DNA of 51,392 nucleotides from Candidatus Pacearchaeota archaeon CG1_02_32_21 (GTDB lineage Archaea; Nanobdellota; Nanobdellia; Pacearchaeales; GW2011-AR1): NCBI GenBank assembly GCA_001872185.1, contig MNVX01000036.1, positions 1 to 51,392 of the forward strand, read 5' to 3'. Shown piece by piece: positions 1 to 7,951 of this stretch (position 1 is its first letter; each line of letters starts with the position of its first letter). The notes under the pieces were generated by a model. It saw only the letters and a program-made list of their open reading frames with translations, ran no database searches and was not told where the DNA came from. The position numbers and the translations under genes were made by a program.

Positions 1-17
1 TGAAAATCTTAAATAAA

Positions 18-641
18 ATGAAGACAAATAAACTTTTGAAAAGTTTAACAAACCAGAGTCTTGATAAAAAAGGAGACTGGTTTGTTGAAGAGGTTGCTAA
101 AGTTATACTTGCTATAGTTTTGCTTTTTCTTTTAGGATATCTTGCTTTTACTCTTTATGAAGCTATAACTCAGAAATCTCAGTTAGAGCAGGCAAAGGTT
201 CATTTGGATAATATTGAAAATATAATTAATGATTTGAATGAAGGGGAGGAAGGAGAGTATATTTTGTTGTCTCCAAGTGGCTGGGCATTATACGGATTTC
301 CATATGGAGAGTATAATATTGGCAAGTGCCAAATATCTGGCAAACCTTGTTTATGCTTATGCCCTGAAACTAAAGTATATTCATGGCAGCATAGAAGTGA
401 GCTATTTGGTCAAGATATTCCTTCCCAGGATGAAATTTACAAGAAATTTAGTGAAAGCTGTCAAAGCAGTTCTGTATGCAAACTAAGTGATGTAGGAGAT
501 ATAACTGTTGAACGCAGTTCACAAGAAGATTCTCTTACGTCTGAAGATTCTATTGGAATTGACGGATTAATTAAATCTAAGAGCAGGATAGTTATTACTA
601 AAAGAGATAATAAATTATTTATAACTGACAGAAATGAATAA
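18..641 (+). CDS. pilin-like protein with class III (prepilin-type) signal peptide
   Basis: N-terminus MKTNKLLKSLTNQSLDKKG|DWFVEEVAKVILAIVLLFLLGYLAF: basic stretch, Gly, then a ~22-residue hydrophobic helix. First of 8 co-directional, tightly packed ORFs. Its 5' 30 nt are identical to those of the ORF at 1901. Confidence 0.55.
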   Translation: MKTNKLLKSLTNQSLDKKGDWFVEEVAKVILAIVLLFLLGYLAFTLYEAITQKSQLEQAKVHLDNIENIINDLNEGEEGEYILLSPSGWALYGFPYGEYNIGKCQISGKPCLCLCPETKVYSWQHRSELFGQDIPSQDEIYKKFSESCQSSSVCKLSDVGDITVERSSQEDSLTSEDSIGIDGLIKSKSRIVITKRDNKLFITDRNE

Positions 642-759
642 AAAAGCTGAAATTGAAGTTAAGCAACTTGCAAAAATAGTACTTTGGTTAGCGATATTTG
701 GGATACTTGCGTATGGAATTTATTATTTTTTTAACAAATTTATTCTTTTAGGCGCATAA
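634..759 (+). CDS. small membrane protein, 41 aa (below ORF-track cutoff)
   Basis: ATG at 634 overlaps the upstream stop by 8 nt. Translation MNKKAEIEVKQLAKIVLWLAIFGILAYGIYYFFNKFILLGA has one TM helix after a basic N-terminus. Confidence 0.35.
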   Translation: MNKKAEIEVKQLAKIVLWLAIFGILAYGIYYFFNKFILLGA

Positions 760-792
760 TATAAAAACTCATAATTCTATATCTTTATTGCC

Positions 793-1899
793 ATGAAAAA
801 AAGAGGATTTACACCTGTTGCAGAGATCGTATTAATAATTTTAGTCTTAGTTGGATTTGGAATACTTATTCTTGCAGCTACTAATTTTTTTACTAAAACT
901 GATATAGATAAAAATACCTGTCATTTTTCTGTTATTTCCAGAGGAAGTACTCCTTCTTTAGCAAAGGGTTATGTTCCTTTAAGATGTAAAACTGAGAAAA
1001 TTTGCATTACTGGGGAGATTATTGGAGGAAGTTGTGACGAATTTGAAGGAGAGAAAGGGATTACGAAAGTTAGGGTTTCCAATAGCCCTGTGCAGGGTTT
1101 AGATCAAGTTCAAAAAGTTTATGCGCAGTCTATGCTGGAGTGCTGGGAAATGATGGGCCAGGGCAAGGTAAGTTTGTTTTCTCAAGGAGCTGCAGAGAAC
1201 TTTGGATTGGGTTTAGTGTACCCCAGCTGTGTTGTTTGCTCAAGAATTGCAATTGATGAAGATTCTTTGTCTAACGTGCCTTTTGATAATATGAATATAA
1301 ATGAATATATGAAAACTCACTTATATTCTAAAACTGAAAAAACTTATTTTGATTATATGCTTGGTGAGGAGTATGCAGCAAGTTATAGTGTTGCTGATAA
1401 TTTACTTAATTTACCTGATTTTGATGTGAAAAAAGATAAAGGGGGTAAGGATATTGATTTAGTTAAAAAAGATCAAGATACTTCTGTTGAACTTGTTGAT
1501 CCGTCTATAATAAGCACAAGCAGAGAAGATGATTTGAAAGAAACTGCAATTATGTTTATGCAGATAAGCTCTCCAAGCCATGGAGGAGTTATTTCAAATT
1601 CTGTAGGAGCTGCTGCTGGAATTGGAACTGCAGGTTATTTTTCATTTGGCCCTGCTTTCTTAGCTGCTGGTAGCAAAACTATCAAAGGTCTTTTTTCAGT
1701 TCCTGGCGCAGTAATTGCAGGAATCTTGGGAATTTCTCAACAAGGAGCTGTTACAGCCAGCAGGGGAGTTAGTGCAGGATATTGTGGAGATGTAGAAATT
1801 TCAGATGATGCCAGAAGTGGATGCTCTGCTGTTAGAACTGTGAATTACGACTTAACTTCTATTTCAGAATACTGTCAAGTAATTGAAGGGCTTCCATAA
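793..1899 (+). CDS. pilin-like protein (KKRG|FTPVAEIV prepilin-like N-terminus) with Gly/Ala-rich hydrophobic C-terminal region
   Basis: MKKRG|FTPVAEIVLIILVLVGFGILILAA resembles a prepilin cleavage motif. The C-terminal part carries GAAAGIGTAGYFSFGPAFLAAG...GAVIAGILGI segments. Confidence 0.55.
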   Translation: MKKRGFTPVAEIVLIILVLVGFGILILAATNFFTKTDIDKNTCHFSVISRGSTPSLAKGYVPLRCKTEKICITGEIIGGSCDEFEGEKGITKVRVSNSPVQGLDQVQKVYAQSMLECWEMMGQGKVSLFSQGAAENFGLGLVYPSCVVCSRIAIDEDSLSNVPFDNMNINEYMKTHLYSKTEKTYFDYMLGEEYAASYSVADNLLNLPDFDVKKDKGGKDIDLVKKDQDTSVELVDPSIISTSREDDLKETAIMFMQISSPSHGGVISNSVGAAAGIGTAGYFSFGPAFLAAGSKTIKGLFSVPGAVIAGILGISQQGAVTASRGVSAGYCGDVEISDDARSGCSAVRTVNYDLTSISEYCQVIEGLP

Positions 1900-1900
1900 A

Positions 1901-2338
1901 ATGAAAAAAAATAAACTTTTGAAAAGTTTAACAAACCATAACCTAAACAAAAAAGGAAATATTCCTTTAGAAGAGGTTATTTTTGTTCTACTCAACATAA
2001 TGTTTTTCTCAATGCTTTTTGTTTTTGTTTACAATACAAGCCATGGAGTATTTTTATCTGAAAAACTTTATGCTAAAAAAATTGCTTTAGCTATTGACAG
2101 TGCTAAGCCTGGGACTCAAATAAGTGTAGATATAAGCGAATTGTATGGGATAGCTCAGGAAAACGAGTTTGACATAAGCGACTCTTTTTATTTTAAAGAT
2201 AATCAGGTTAATGTTAAACTTTCCAAGGAAGATGGCTATTCTTATAATTATTTTACAAATTACCAAGTTGAATCTGTTATAAGCTTTCCAGAAGAAGACC
2301 AAGCAATCCTTAACATAAAAGTGAGGCCAAATGATTAA
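1901..2338 (+). CDS. pilin-like protein, paralog of the 18..641 product
   Basis: The track ORF starts at TTG 1883; ATG 1901 lies 1 nt after the upstream stop. N-terminus MKKNKLLKSLTNHNLNKKG|NIPLEEVIFVLLNIMFFSMLFVFVY. Confidence 0.55.
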   Translation: MKKNKLLKSLTNHNLNKKGNIPLEEVIFVLLNIMFFSMLFVFVYNTSHGVFLSEKLYAKKIALAIDSAKPGTQISVDISELYGIAQENEFDISDSFYFKDNQVNVKLSKEDGYSYNYFTNYQVESVISFPEEDQAILNIKVRPND

Positions 2339-2840
2339 AATGAATAAGAGAGGAGAAAAACTTTTTTCTATCTGGTGGTTTATAATTCTTATAATTATTG
2401 GAGTTGGAATTGTCAGTGGAGTTAGTTTATTCTATTCTTACAACCTAGATGTCCGCTTTTTAGAATCTGACCTTTTGGCAGGAAAAGTATTGAAATGCAT
2501 TTCAAATCCTGAGGGAATTAGCCCTTTGGTTCTTGAAGAAGATTTTGATCTGTATGGACATTGCGGAATTTCCCAAAGTGTTCTGGAGAGCGGAAAATAT
2601 TTTGTTAAAATTGAAATCAAGGATTTTTTTGATGATAGCAACCTAACTGAACATAAGTTTGGTAACAATGCCTTTGAAAAGGATTGTGAAATTAAAACTA
2701 AAATAACTGCTGTGAATTATCCTGAGTGTTCAAGAAAAAGTGTTTATGTGGTAAATGAAGGCGACAAAAAATATCTTGTAAGTGTTTTGGCTGCTTCTAA
2801 CTATAGGGGAGGTAAAAATAGCAATGAGCAGACCAATTAA
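2331..2840 (+). CDS. pilin-like protein (class III signal peptide)
   Basis: MIKMNKRG|EKLFSIWWFIILIIIGVGIVSGV. The start overlaps the upstream stop; an alternative ATG is at 2340. Confidence 0.5.
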   Translation: MIKMNKRGEKLFSIWWFIILIIIGVGIVSGVSLFYSYNLDVRFLESDLLAGKVLKCISNPEGISPLVLEEDFDLYGHCGISQSVLESGKYFVKIEIKDFFDDSNLTEHKFGNNAFEKDCEIKTKITAVNYPECSRKSVYVVNEGDKKYLVSVLAASNYRGGKNSNEQTN

Positions 2841-3465
2841 TAGAAAAGGCCAATTTGGAGATTTCTTAAGTTGGGTTTCTGTTACTGTAATTATTTTTTT
2901 CATTATGGTCTTATTTGGAGCTTTGATTCTTTTATTAAATTTTCAGATCAGCAAAGAGGATATTAATATTAATGAGATAGAAAGCAATTTAGATTATGAA
3001 AAAACAGTCAGCTTGGTTAATTTTTACAAGAGCCATTATAATTCTTTTTCAGACTGGGCTGATGATTCTAATTTTTTAACTGGATTTGATTTGGATAGTG
3101 TTACAAGGGAGAATCAGCTTTTAGTAGATTACCCTATTAGCCCGGAAGATATTAATCGTCTTGTTCAGGAAAAAGATGTTTTAAACGGATTTTATAGTTC
3201 TTATTTTAAACAAAATAATATTACTAGTGCAGTTGTTTATATTTATTCGGGCAAGAAAAGGCTTTTAACTAGTTATGATGGCGAGAGTTATATTTCAAAT
3301 CCTCCAAAAATAAGCAATGTTTTGGAAGATGCAAATTTAGTTAATGACGAGGTTTTTTTGTCAGGAGAAAGGAAAGATGTTGATGTAGAATTTTTTATAC
3401 TATCTAAAAATGGAAATGTTGTAGGAGTTAAGTATTATGAAGGTGAACCTTTAAAAAGATTCTGA
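2824..3465 (+). CDS. pilin-like protein (class III signal peptide)
   Basis: ATG 2824 is preceded by GGGAGGT. N-terminus MSRPINRKG|QFGDFLSWVSVTVIIFFIMVLFGALILLL. The track ORF from 2782 is an upstream extension overlapping the previous gene. Confidence 0.55.
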   Translation: MSRPINRKGQFGDFLSWVSVTVIIFFIMVLFGALILLLNFQISKEDININEIESNLDYEKTVSLVNFYKSHYNSFSDWADDSNFLTGFDLDSVTRENQLLVDYPISPEDINRLVQEKDVLNGFYSSYFKQNNITSAVVYIYSGKKRLLTSYDGESYISNPPKISNVLEDANLVNDEVFLSGERKDVDVEFFILSKNGNVVGVKYYEGEPLKRF

Positions 3466-3468
3466 AAA

Positions 3469-3497
3469 GGAATCGAGCCTAATGGCTCAAAGGTTCC
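3469..3497 (+). promoter_or_regulatory. intercistronic GC-rich nested stem-loop
   Basis: GGAA-tc-GAGCC-taat-GGCTC-aaagg-TTCC lies 4 nt after the stop at 3465 and 19 nt before ATG 3516, in otherwise AT-rich spacer. Confidence 0.3.
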
Positions 3498-3515
3498 CAA
3501 AGCGAGGAATGAAAA

Positions 3516-4040
3516 ATGATAGGAAAAAATAAAAAAGCACAGTCATTGGCAAATTTTTTGCTTGTATTTTTAACACTATCTATTGTAGCAACCAGTTTAA
3601 TTTATATTGCAATTAAGGAAAATAATTATAGCGGTGAATTTGATTCTCCTTATGCTTTAGACTCTGTTTATTCCAGAGAAGAAATTATTAATTTTTATCT
3701 TCAGGATATTTTTGAACATGCGGCTTTAGGGGTTAAAGATAAGCAAGAACTAATAAACAATATTACTTTACTTGCAGGAAAATACAAAATTGCTTCAGGA
3801 TATGTAAAGAATTCAGAAGGTGAAGATGTTTTGGCTGATGAAAATGTTGCTGTTGTTTTGGCAAGTATTGAAAACCTGAAAGAAGAAGATATTGAGCTTG
3901 TCATTAAAAATAATAAAACCGAAAGGATTAAAATAAACTTTGACGTCAGTGTTAATTATAATCGGGGTTCAGATTATGTGAAATATAGATATAATAAAGG
4001 CTTTGAAACTTACGTATCTGATTTAGAATTAGAATCATAA
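3516..4040 (+). CDS. pilin-like protein (class III signal peptide)
   Basis: MIGKNKKA|QSLANFLLVFLTLSIVATSLIYIAI. Confidence 0.5.
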   Translation: MIGKNKKAQSLANFLLVFLTLSIVATSLIYIAIKENNYSGEFDSPYALDSVYSREEIINFYLQDIFEHAALGVKDKQELINNITLLAGKYKIASGYVKNSEGEDVLADENVAVVLASIENLKEEDIELVIKNNKTERIKINFDVSVNYNRGSDYVKYRYNKGFETYVSDLELES

Positions 4041-4083
4041 AAGTGAAGAAAACTTTATAAAGAGGTTTTATGTTTATAGTATA

Positions 4084-4866
4084 ATGATGGGTGCTAAAGG
4101 AAAAAGAGGTCAAGAAGGAGAGCCTAAAAGCTTTCTTATAGGAGGGATTATAGGAGCTCTTTTTTTAATAATTATTGTTATAGCTTTTTTGTATTGGTCA
4201 GATTGGGGTTCTCAAGTTTTGGGAACTAATACACCAGAGGACTTAGATATTAAATATAAAAGCTGTAAAGTTTCTTATAATACTCAAGGTGGAACTTTTA
4301 GAAATAGCTTTTGCGAAAAATTTGATAGTGTTGGAGGATCTTTATTTTCTGGAAGTAAAAACTATATAAGCTGCCAGTATAGGCCTATGATAGAAAGATT
4401 ATATAATGATGAAGATAATATTATCAATGCAGCTACACTAACTGCTGCTGCTGAAGAGGTCAATAAGTTTTGTGCTACAAGTACTGTTAGTGGAGCAGAG
4501 AATGGAGATGAGTTAGTGTTTTCTAGTAGTTTTTGTAATGTTCAGAAAATAGGCAACGCCAGATTTGATGGAATTTGGGCAAATGGATTTGTATTTGATA
4601 AAGATTGTAAGGTTACAACATACCCTGACTGGTATGAACAACCTGAAAAACCATTGAGTGATTTTGTGAATGATAACGGAAGAATTTCAATAGAAGCTTT
4701 CACAAGTGGTGGAACATATAAGCTTGCTGGAGTAGATGGAATAATCACTGGAAATTCTCAAGCTTCTACTTTTGTTCCAAATAATGGATCTAATGGAGTT
4801 GACATTACTCAGGAAAATATAGTAAGATTAGAAGCTGTTGGTAGTAGTATTATGCCCCGTATTTAA
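4084..4866 (+). CDS. pilin-like protein (class III signal peptide)
   Basis: MMGAKGKRG|QEGEPKSFLIGGIIGALFLIIIVIAFLY. A TATA-like CTTTATAAAG sits about 27 nt upstream of the ATG. Confidence 0.5.
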   Translation: MMGAKGKRGQEGEPKSFLIGGIIGALFLIIIVIAFLYWSDWGSQVLGTNTPEDLDIKYKSCKVSYNTQGGTFRNSFCEKFDSVGGSLFSGSKNYISCQYRPMIERLYNDEDNIINAATLTAAAEEVNKFCATSTVSGAENGDELVFSSSFCNVQKIGNARFDGIWANGFVFDKDCKVTTYPDWYEQPEKPLSDFVNDNGRISIEAFTSGGTYKLAGVDGIITGNSQASTFVPNNGSNGVDITQENIVRLEAVGSSIMPRI

Positions 4867-4911
4867 TTAGTCTTTCTTAAAATTTATAAAACTTGATTTG
4901 TTACTTATATC

Positions 4912-5031
4912 ATGGCTGATGATTATGGGTTTAGTAATAGAAGAAAGAGCAAGAATGATAAAAGGGCTAAAAGAAGATATAATATTTATAAGAAGGGTGG
5001 AAGCAAGAGAACTGGAGAAAAGAGGAAGTAA
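4912..5031 (+). CDS. candidate small basic protein, 39 aa (not in ORF track; differs in frame from track ORF 4898..5098)
   Basis: ATG 4912 lies about 26 nt downstream of AATTTATAAAAC (4881-4892), the layout of a leaderless archaeal gene. Translation MADDYGFSNRRKSKNDKRAKRRYNIYKKGGSKRTGEKRK. Confidence 0.25.
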   Translation: MADDYGFSNRRKSKNDKRAKRRYNIYKKGGSKRTGEKRK

Positions 5032-5269
5032 TTTAGTTTATTTTAATTATTTGTTAAGATGTATAAGCAGCTTTAAATTTAATGTGTTTTATCCTTGAAT
5101 ATTAATACCCTTGCTTTATTTATTAGACTTATTATTGATTGATTCGCAGATTAATTAGTGTTTCATTAGGTTTATGGCATTTTAAAGGCATATAAATTGT
5201 TATACTGAATGTTATGTTTGACATTGGATTTAATAAATTAAGTAAGATAAATATCGCTAATTAATCTTT

Positions 5270-6244
5270 CTATTTTTTAGTAGGAATGTTTTCTATTATT
5301 GTTACAAGTATACTTAGTATTATTGGACCTATTATAAATCCAGCCAGTCCAAATACTTTAATTCCCCCCAAGAATCCAAACAACATGATAATAGGATGCA
5401 TGTCTGTTCTTTTCCCCATTATTCTTATTCTAAGCCAGTGATCTATTACAAAGCTTAGTATTATTCCAAGAATTATTGTTCCCAGAGTCAGATAATACCT
5501 GCCTGTTACAAGGAATATCAATGCTATAGGTACCCATATTAAAACAGGACCTACTCCTGGAATAAGTGCAAATATCCCTATTAATATTCCAAGTATGATA
5601 TAAAGTTTAACTCCTAAAAGCCAGAGCCCTATCATTGCAGCAAACGCTTCTAGCAAAGTAACTATCAGAGTTGATATTAAAATTTCTCTCGATGTTTTTT
5701 CCACCTTTTCAACAATAGATCTTTTATTTTCAAATGGAATTATTTTTATTATTTTTTCTTTAAGATTTTCCCAGTCTATTAACAAATAGTAAGTTGTGAA
5801 AAATACAATGAATATGTTTAATATTAACCCCGGAAGATACGACAGAGTAGATGAAACCAGGCTTAAAGCATATTCTCCTACCCGTAATATAGCTGGCTCT
5901 AAATTTTTAGATACAAATTCAGAGTATTTTGCATCTGTAATATAATTAACTATATAGTCTTTATTAAGTTCATTGAGCGATTGAGAAAGTTGATTTCCTA
6001 AATAAGTTAAAATAAGCACAATAGCTGCTGTAAGGATTATTATGGAGATTAAAACTGTGATAAACGAGGCAAGTTTTTTAGGCATTCTCCTGCTTAATCT
6101 ATCATTAATTGGCTTGATTATGTATGCTAATACAAAAGCTGAAAGGATAGAAACAATAAAATCTTTTAGTATGAAGTAAGAAACTACTAGTATTATTGCT
6201 AGTATTCCCCAGAATAAATATTTCCTTACCTCTTCGTTTTGCAT
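5270..6244 (-). CDS. AI-2E family transporter (PerM/UPF0118-like permease)
   Basis: 324 aa with about 8 TM segments and the family's typical layout: an N-terminal TM pair, a central soluble stretch and a C-terminal TM bundle (GVGPVLIWVPIALIFL). Confidence 0.75.
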   Translation of the reverse strand: MQNEEVRKYLFWGILAIILVVSYFILKDFIVSILSAFVLAYIIKPINDRLSRRMPKKLASFITVLISIIILTAAIVLILTYLGNQLSQSLNELNKDYIVNYITDAKYSEFVSKNLEPAILRVGEYALSLVSSTLSYLPGLILNIFIVFFTTYYLLIDWENLKEKIIKIIPFENKRSIVEKVEKTSREILISTLIVTLLEAFAAMIGLWLLGVKLYIILGILIGIFALIPGVGPVLIWVPIALIFLVTGRYYLTLGTIILGIILSFVIDHWLRIRIMGKRTDMHPIIMLFGFLGGIKVFGLAGFIIGPIILSILVTIIENIPTKK

Positions 6245-6285
6245 TTAACAAACCTCCAGCGGGTTTCTTAGAGTTCCAGCAACCA
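6245..6285 (-). repeat. 41-nt element identical to 49412..49452, directly abutting a start codon
   Basis: Plus-strand ttaacaaacctccagcgggtttcttagagttccagcaacca occurs identically at both loci. A degenerate second unit follows at 6290-6318. Confidence 0.9.
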
Positions 6286-6382
6286 TACAATTTAACAAAC
6301 CACCTCTGGTTTTTCCTATAATCTTGCCCATCTTTTATAGTAACTATTGGTTAAAAAGATTAATAAAGCTTTTTATGCATTT

Positions 6383-7252
6383 ATGATCATGAAAATAGAT
6401 GTGATAGATGTCCTTATAATGCTGACTTTGGCCTGGATTTTAGTGGCAGTATATCAGGATTTTAAAAAAAAAGAGATTCCAAATTGGGTAAACTTTAGTT
6501 TATTAATTTTTGCATTGGCATTTAGATTATTTTACAGTATTTTTTCAAATGATTATAGTTTTATTTTATGGGGGTTGGCTGGATTTGCAGTATTTTTTGT
6601 TTTAGCTAATTTATTTTACTATAGCAGACTATTTGCAGGCGGTGATGCTAAGTTGATGATGGCGATTGGAGCAATAATTCCTTTTACTAATTCATGGTTT
6701 GACAATTTGCTTATAGGAATTTTGTTTGTAATATGCCTTTTATCATTTGGAGCTGTATATGGCCTTATTTATAGTGTTAGCCTTGCATTTGGCAATATGT
6801 CTGAATTTTCCAGAGAATTTAGAAAAAGAGTTTATGAAAATAAGCAGTATATTTTATTAGACTTTTTAGTGCTAATCTTATTTTTTGTATCAGGATTTTT
6901 TCTTGCAGAGAGTATGCTGTTATTAATTGGAGCAATAATATTTGTTTTGCCGTTTATTTATTATTACACCAAATCTGTCGAGCAATCGTGCCTTGTGAAG
7001 TATACTTCCATAGATAAACTTACAGTTGGAGACTGGCTGGCAAAAGAAATTAAAATTAAAAACAAAACTATCAAGCCCAGCTGGGAAGGTTTAACTGAAA
7101 GCGATATTTCCCTAATCAAAAAGAATTATAGGAAAGATGTTCTTATAAAACAAGGCATACCCTTTTCCCCAGTATTTTTGATGGCTCTTTTAGTTTTAGT
7201 GCTTATAAAATATTTATGGGCGTCTGACTGGGGCCTTTGGCAATTTTTTTAA
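6383..7252 (+). CDS. prepilin/preflagellin peptidase (A24 family, PibD/FlaK-like)
   Basis: Polytopic membrane protein with the first Asp in YQDFKKKEIPNWV and the second in FAGGDAKLMMAIG (GxGD-type motif). The track ORF begins at TTG 6347; the first ATG is at 6383. Confidence 0.75.
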   Translation: MIMKIDVIDVLIMLTLAWILVAVYQDFKKKEIPNWVNFSLLIFALAFRLFYSIFSNDYSFILWGLAGFAVFFVLANLFYYSRLFAGGDAKLMMAIGAIIPFTNSWFDNLLIGILFVICLLSFGAVYGLIYSVSLAFGNMSEFSREFRKRVYENKQYILLDFLVLILFFVSGFFLAESMLLLIGAIIFVLPFIYYYTKSVEQSCLVKYTSIDKLTVGDWLAKEIKIKNKTIKPSWEGLTESDISLIKKNYRKDVLIKQGIPFSPVFLMALLVLVLIKYLWASDWGLWQFF

Positions 7253-7861
7253 TACAGGCTTTTTTAATACAACCTTTTCTTCTTTAGTTTCTTCTGGCCT
7301 TTTTAAGTTTTCTTTAAATGAATCTATCTTTTCTTTAATTTCTTTTAGTTCTTTTTCACTTGCTTTTTTTCTCCTGGAATCAAGAGTTTCATTGTCATAA
7401 ACAGGAAGTATTTGAATAATTCTTTCCCCAAGAATTTCTGTTGGAATTACGCTTACTTTTTTAGGGTTAAAAACTAATTTTATTTTGTCAGATATTTCAT
7501 TTGCAAGCTCTAAAATTTCTTTTGGAATGCTTTCTGATTTGAGCTGCTTTTTTGGAATGACTATTGTATGGGCCTTTGATATAGGATTTATTTCTAAAAC
7601 AGCTAGGGCTTCAGCGTTTTCACCTAGTTTTACTGATGGTATTTTTCCATCTATTATAAGGCGAAAAGGATTTTGGGAGTTGAGGTCGTCTCCATCTTCA
7701 GAAGTATTTATGAGTTTATTCTTAGTTAAAAATTCTACTAGCTCTTCATCACTTAGAGAATCAATCTGTTCTTTTGCATTTTCTCTCTGCGACTCTGGCC
7801 AGGATTCTATTTGTTTTAGCAGCTTGCCCTTTACCTGTTTTATCTGTTCTTTGGTTAACAT
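7214..7861 (-). CDS. HIT-fold-like protein lacking the histidine triad
   Basis: ALAVLEINPISKAHTIVIPKKQ matches the HIT core strand, but the HxHxH position reads ERIIQILPVYDNE. Helical N-terminal and Lys/Glu-rich C-terminal extensions. Confidence 0.4.
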   Translation of the reverse strand: MLTKEQIKQVKGKLLKQIESWPESQRENAKEQIDSLSDEELVEFLTKNKLINTSEDGDDLNSQNPFRLIIDGKIPSVKLGENAEALAVLEINPISKAHTIVIPKKQLKSESIPKEILELANEISDKIKLVFNPKKVSVIPTEILGERIIQILPVYDNETLDSRRKKASEKELKEIKEKIDSFKENLKRPEETKEEKVVLKKPVLKKLPKAPVRRP

Positions 7862-7951
7862 TACAATTTTTAGAGTATGTTGTTTTTAATATTTTGTGTT
7901 ATTAAAAAGTGGTTGTAAAGAATTAAATAATTATAATGTTTTATTCTCCAA

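Noticed and set aside
45-55. The core TTTAACAAACC(A) of the dispersed upstream element also occurs in-frame in the two pilin-like signal peptides (45-55 and 1928-1938), on the opposite strand sense relative to the element.
   Set aside because: The shared string is only 11-12 nt. The orientation is opposite to the functional sense of the element, and the flanks do not align. I treat this as coincidence unless a genome-wide count says otherwise.
238-486. Alternate-frame track ORFs inside or overlapping the pilin-like and adjacent genes (238..486, 2087..2302, 2438..2668, 3701..3904, 4542..4748, 6105..6290, 7485..7889, 10361..10822, 11639..11944).
   Set aside because: They are nested within longer ORFs that have coherent membrane or secreted-protein features, and they have no independent start context or motifs.
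4915-5030. C/D-box sRNA candidate, based on the TGATGA at 4917-4922 and the TGATAA further on.
   Set aside because: No terminal CTGA D box at the right spacing, and no terminal stem. The region is better described as a possible small basic ORF, which is listed as a low-confidence finding.
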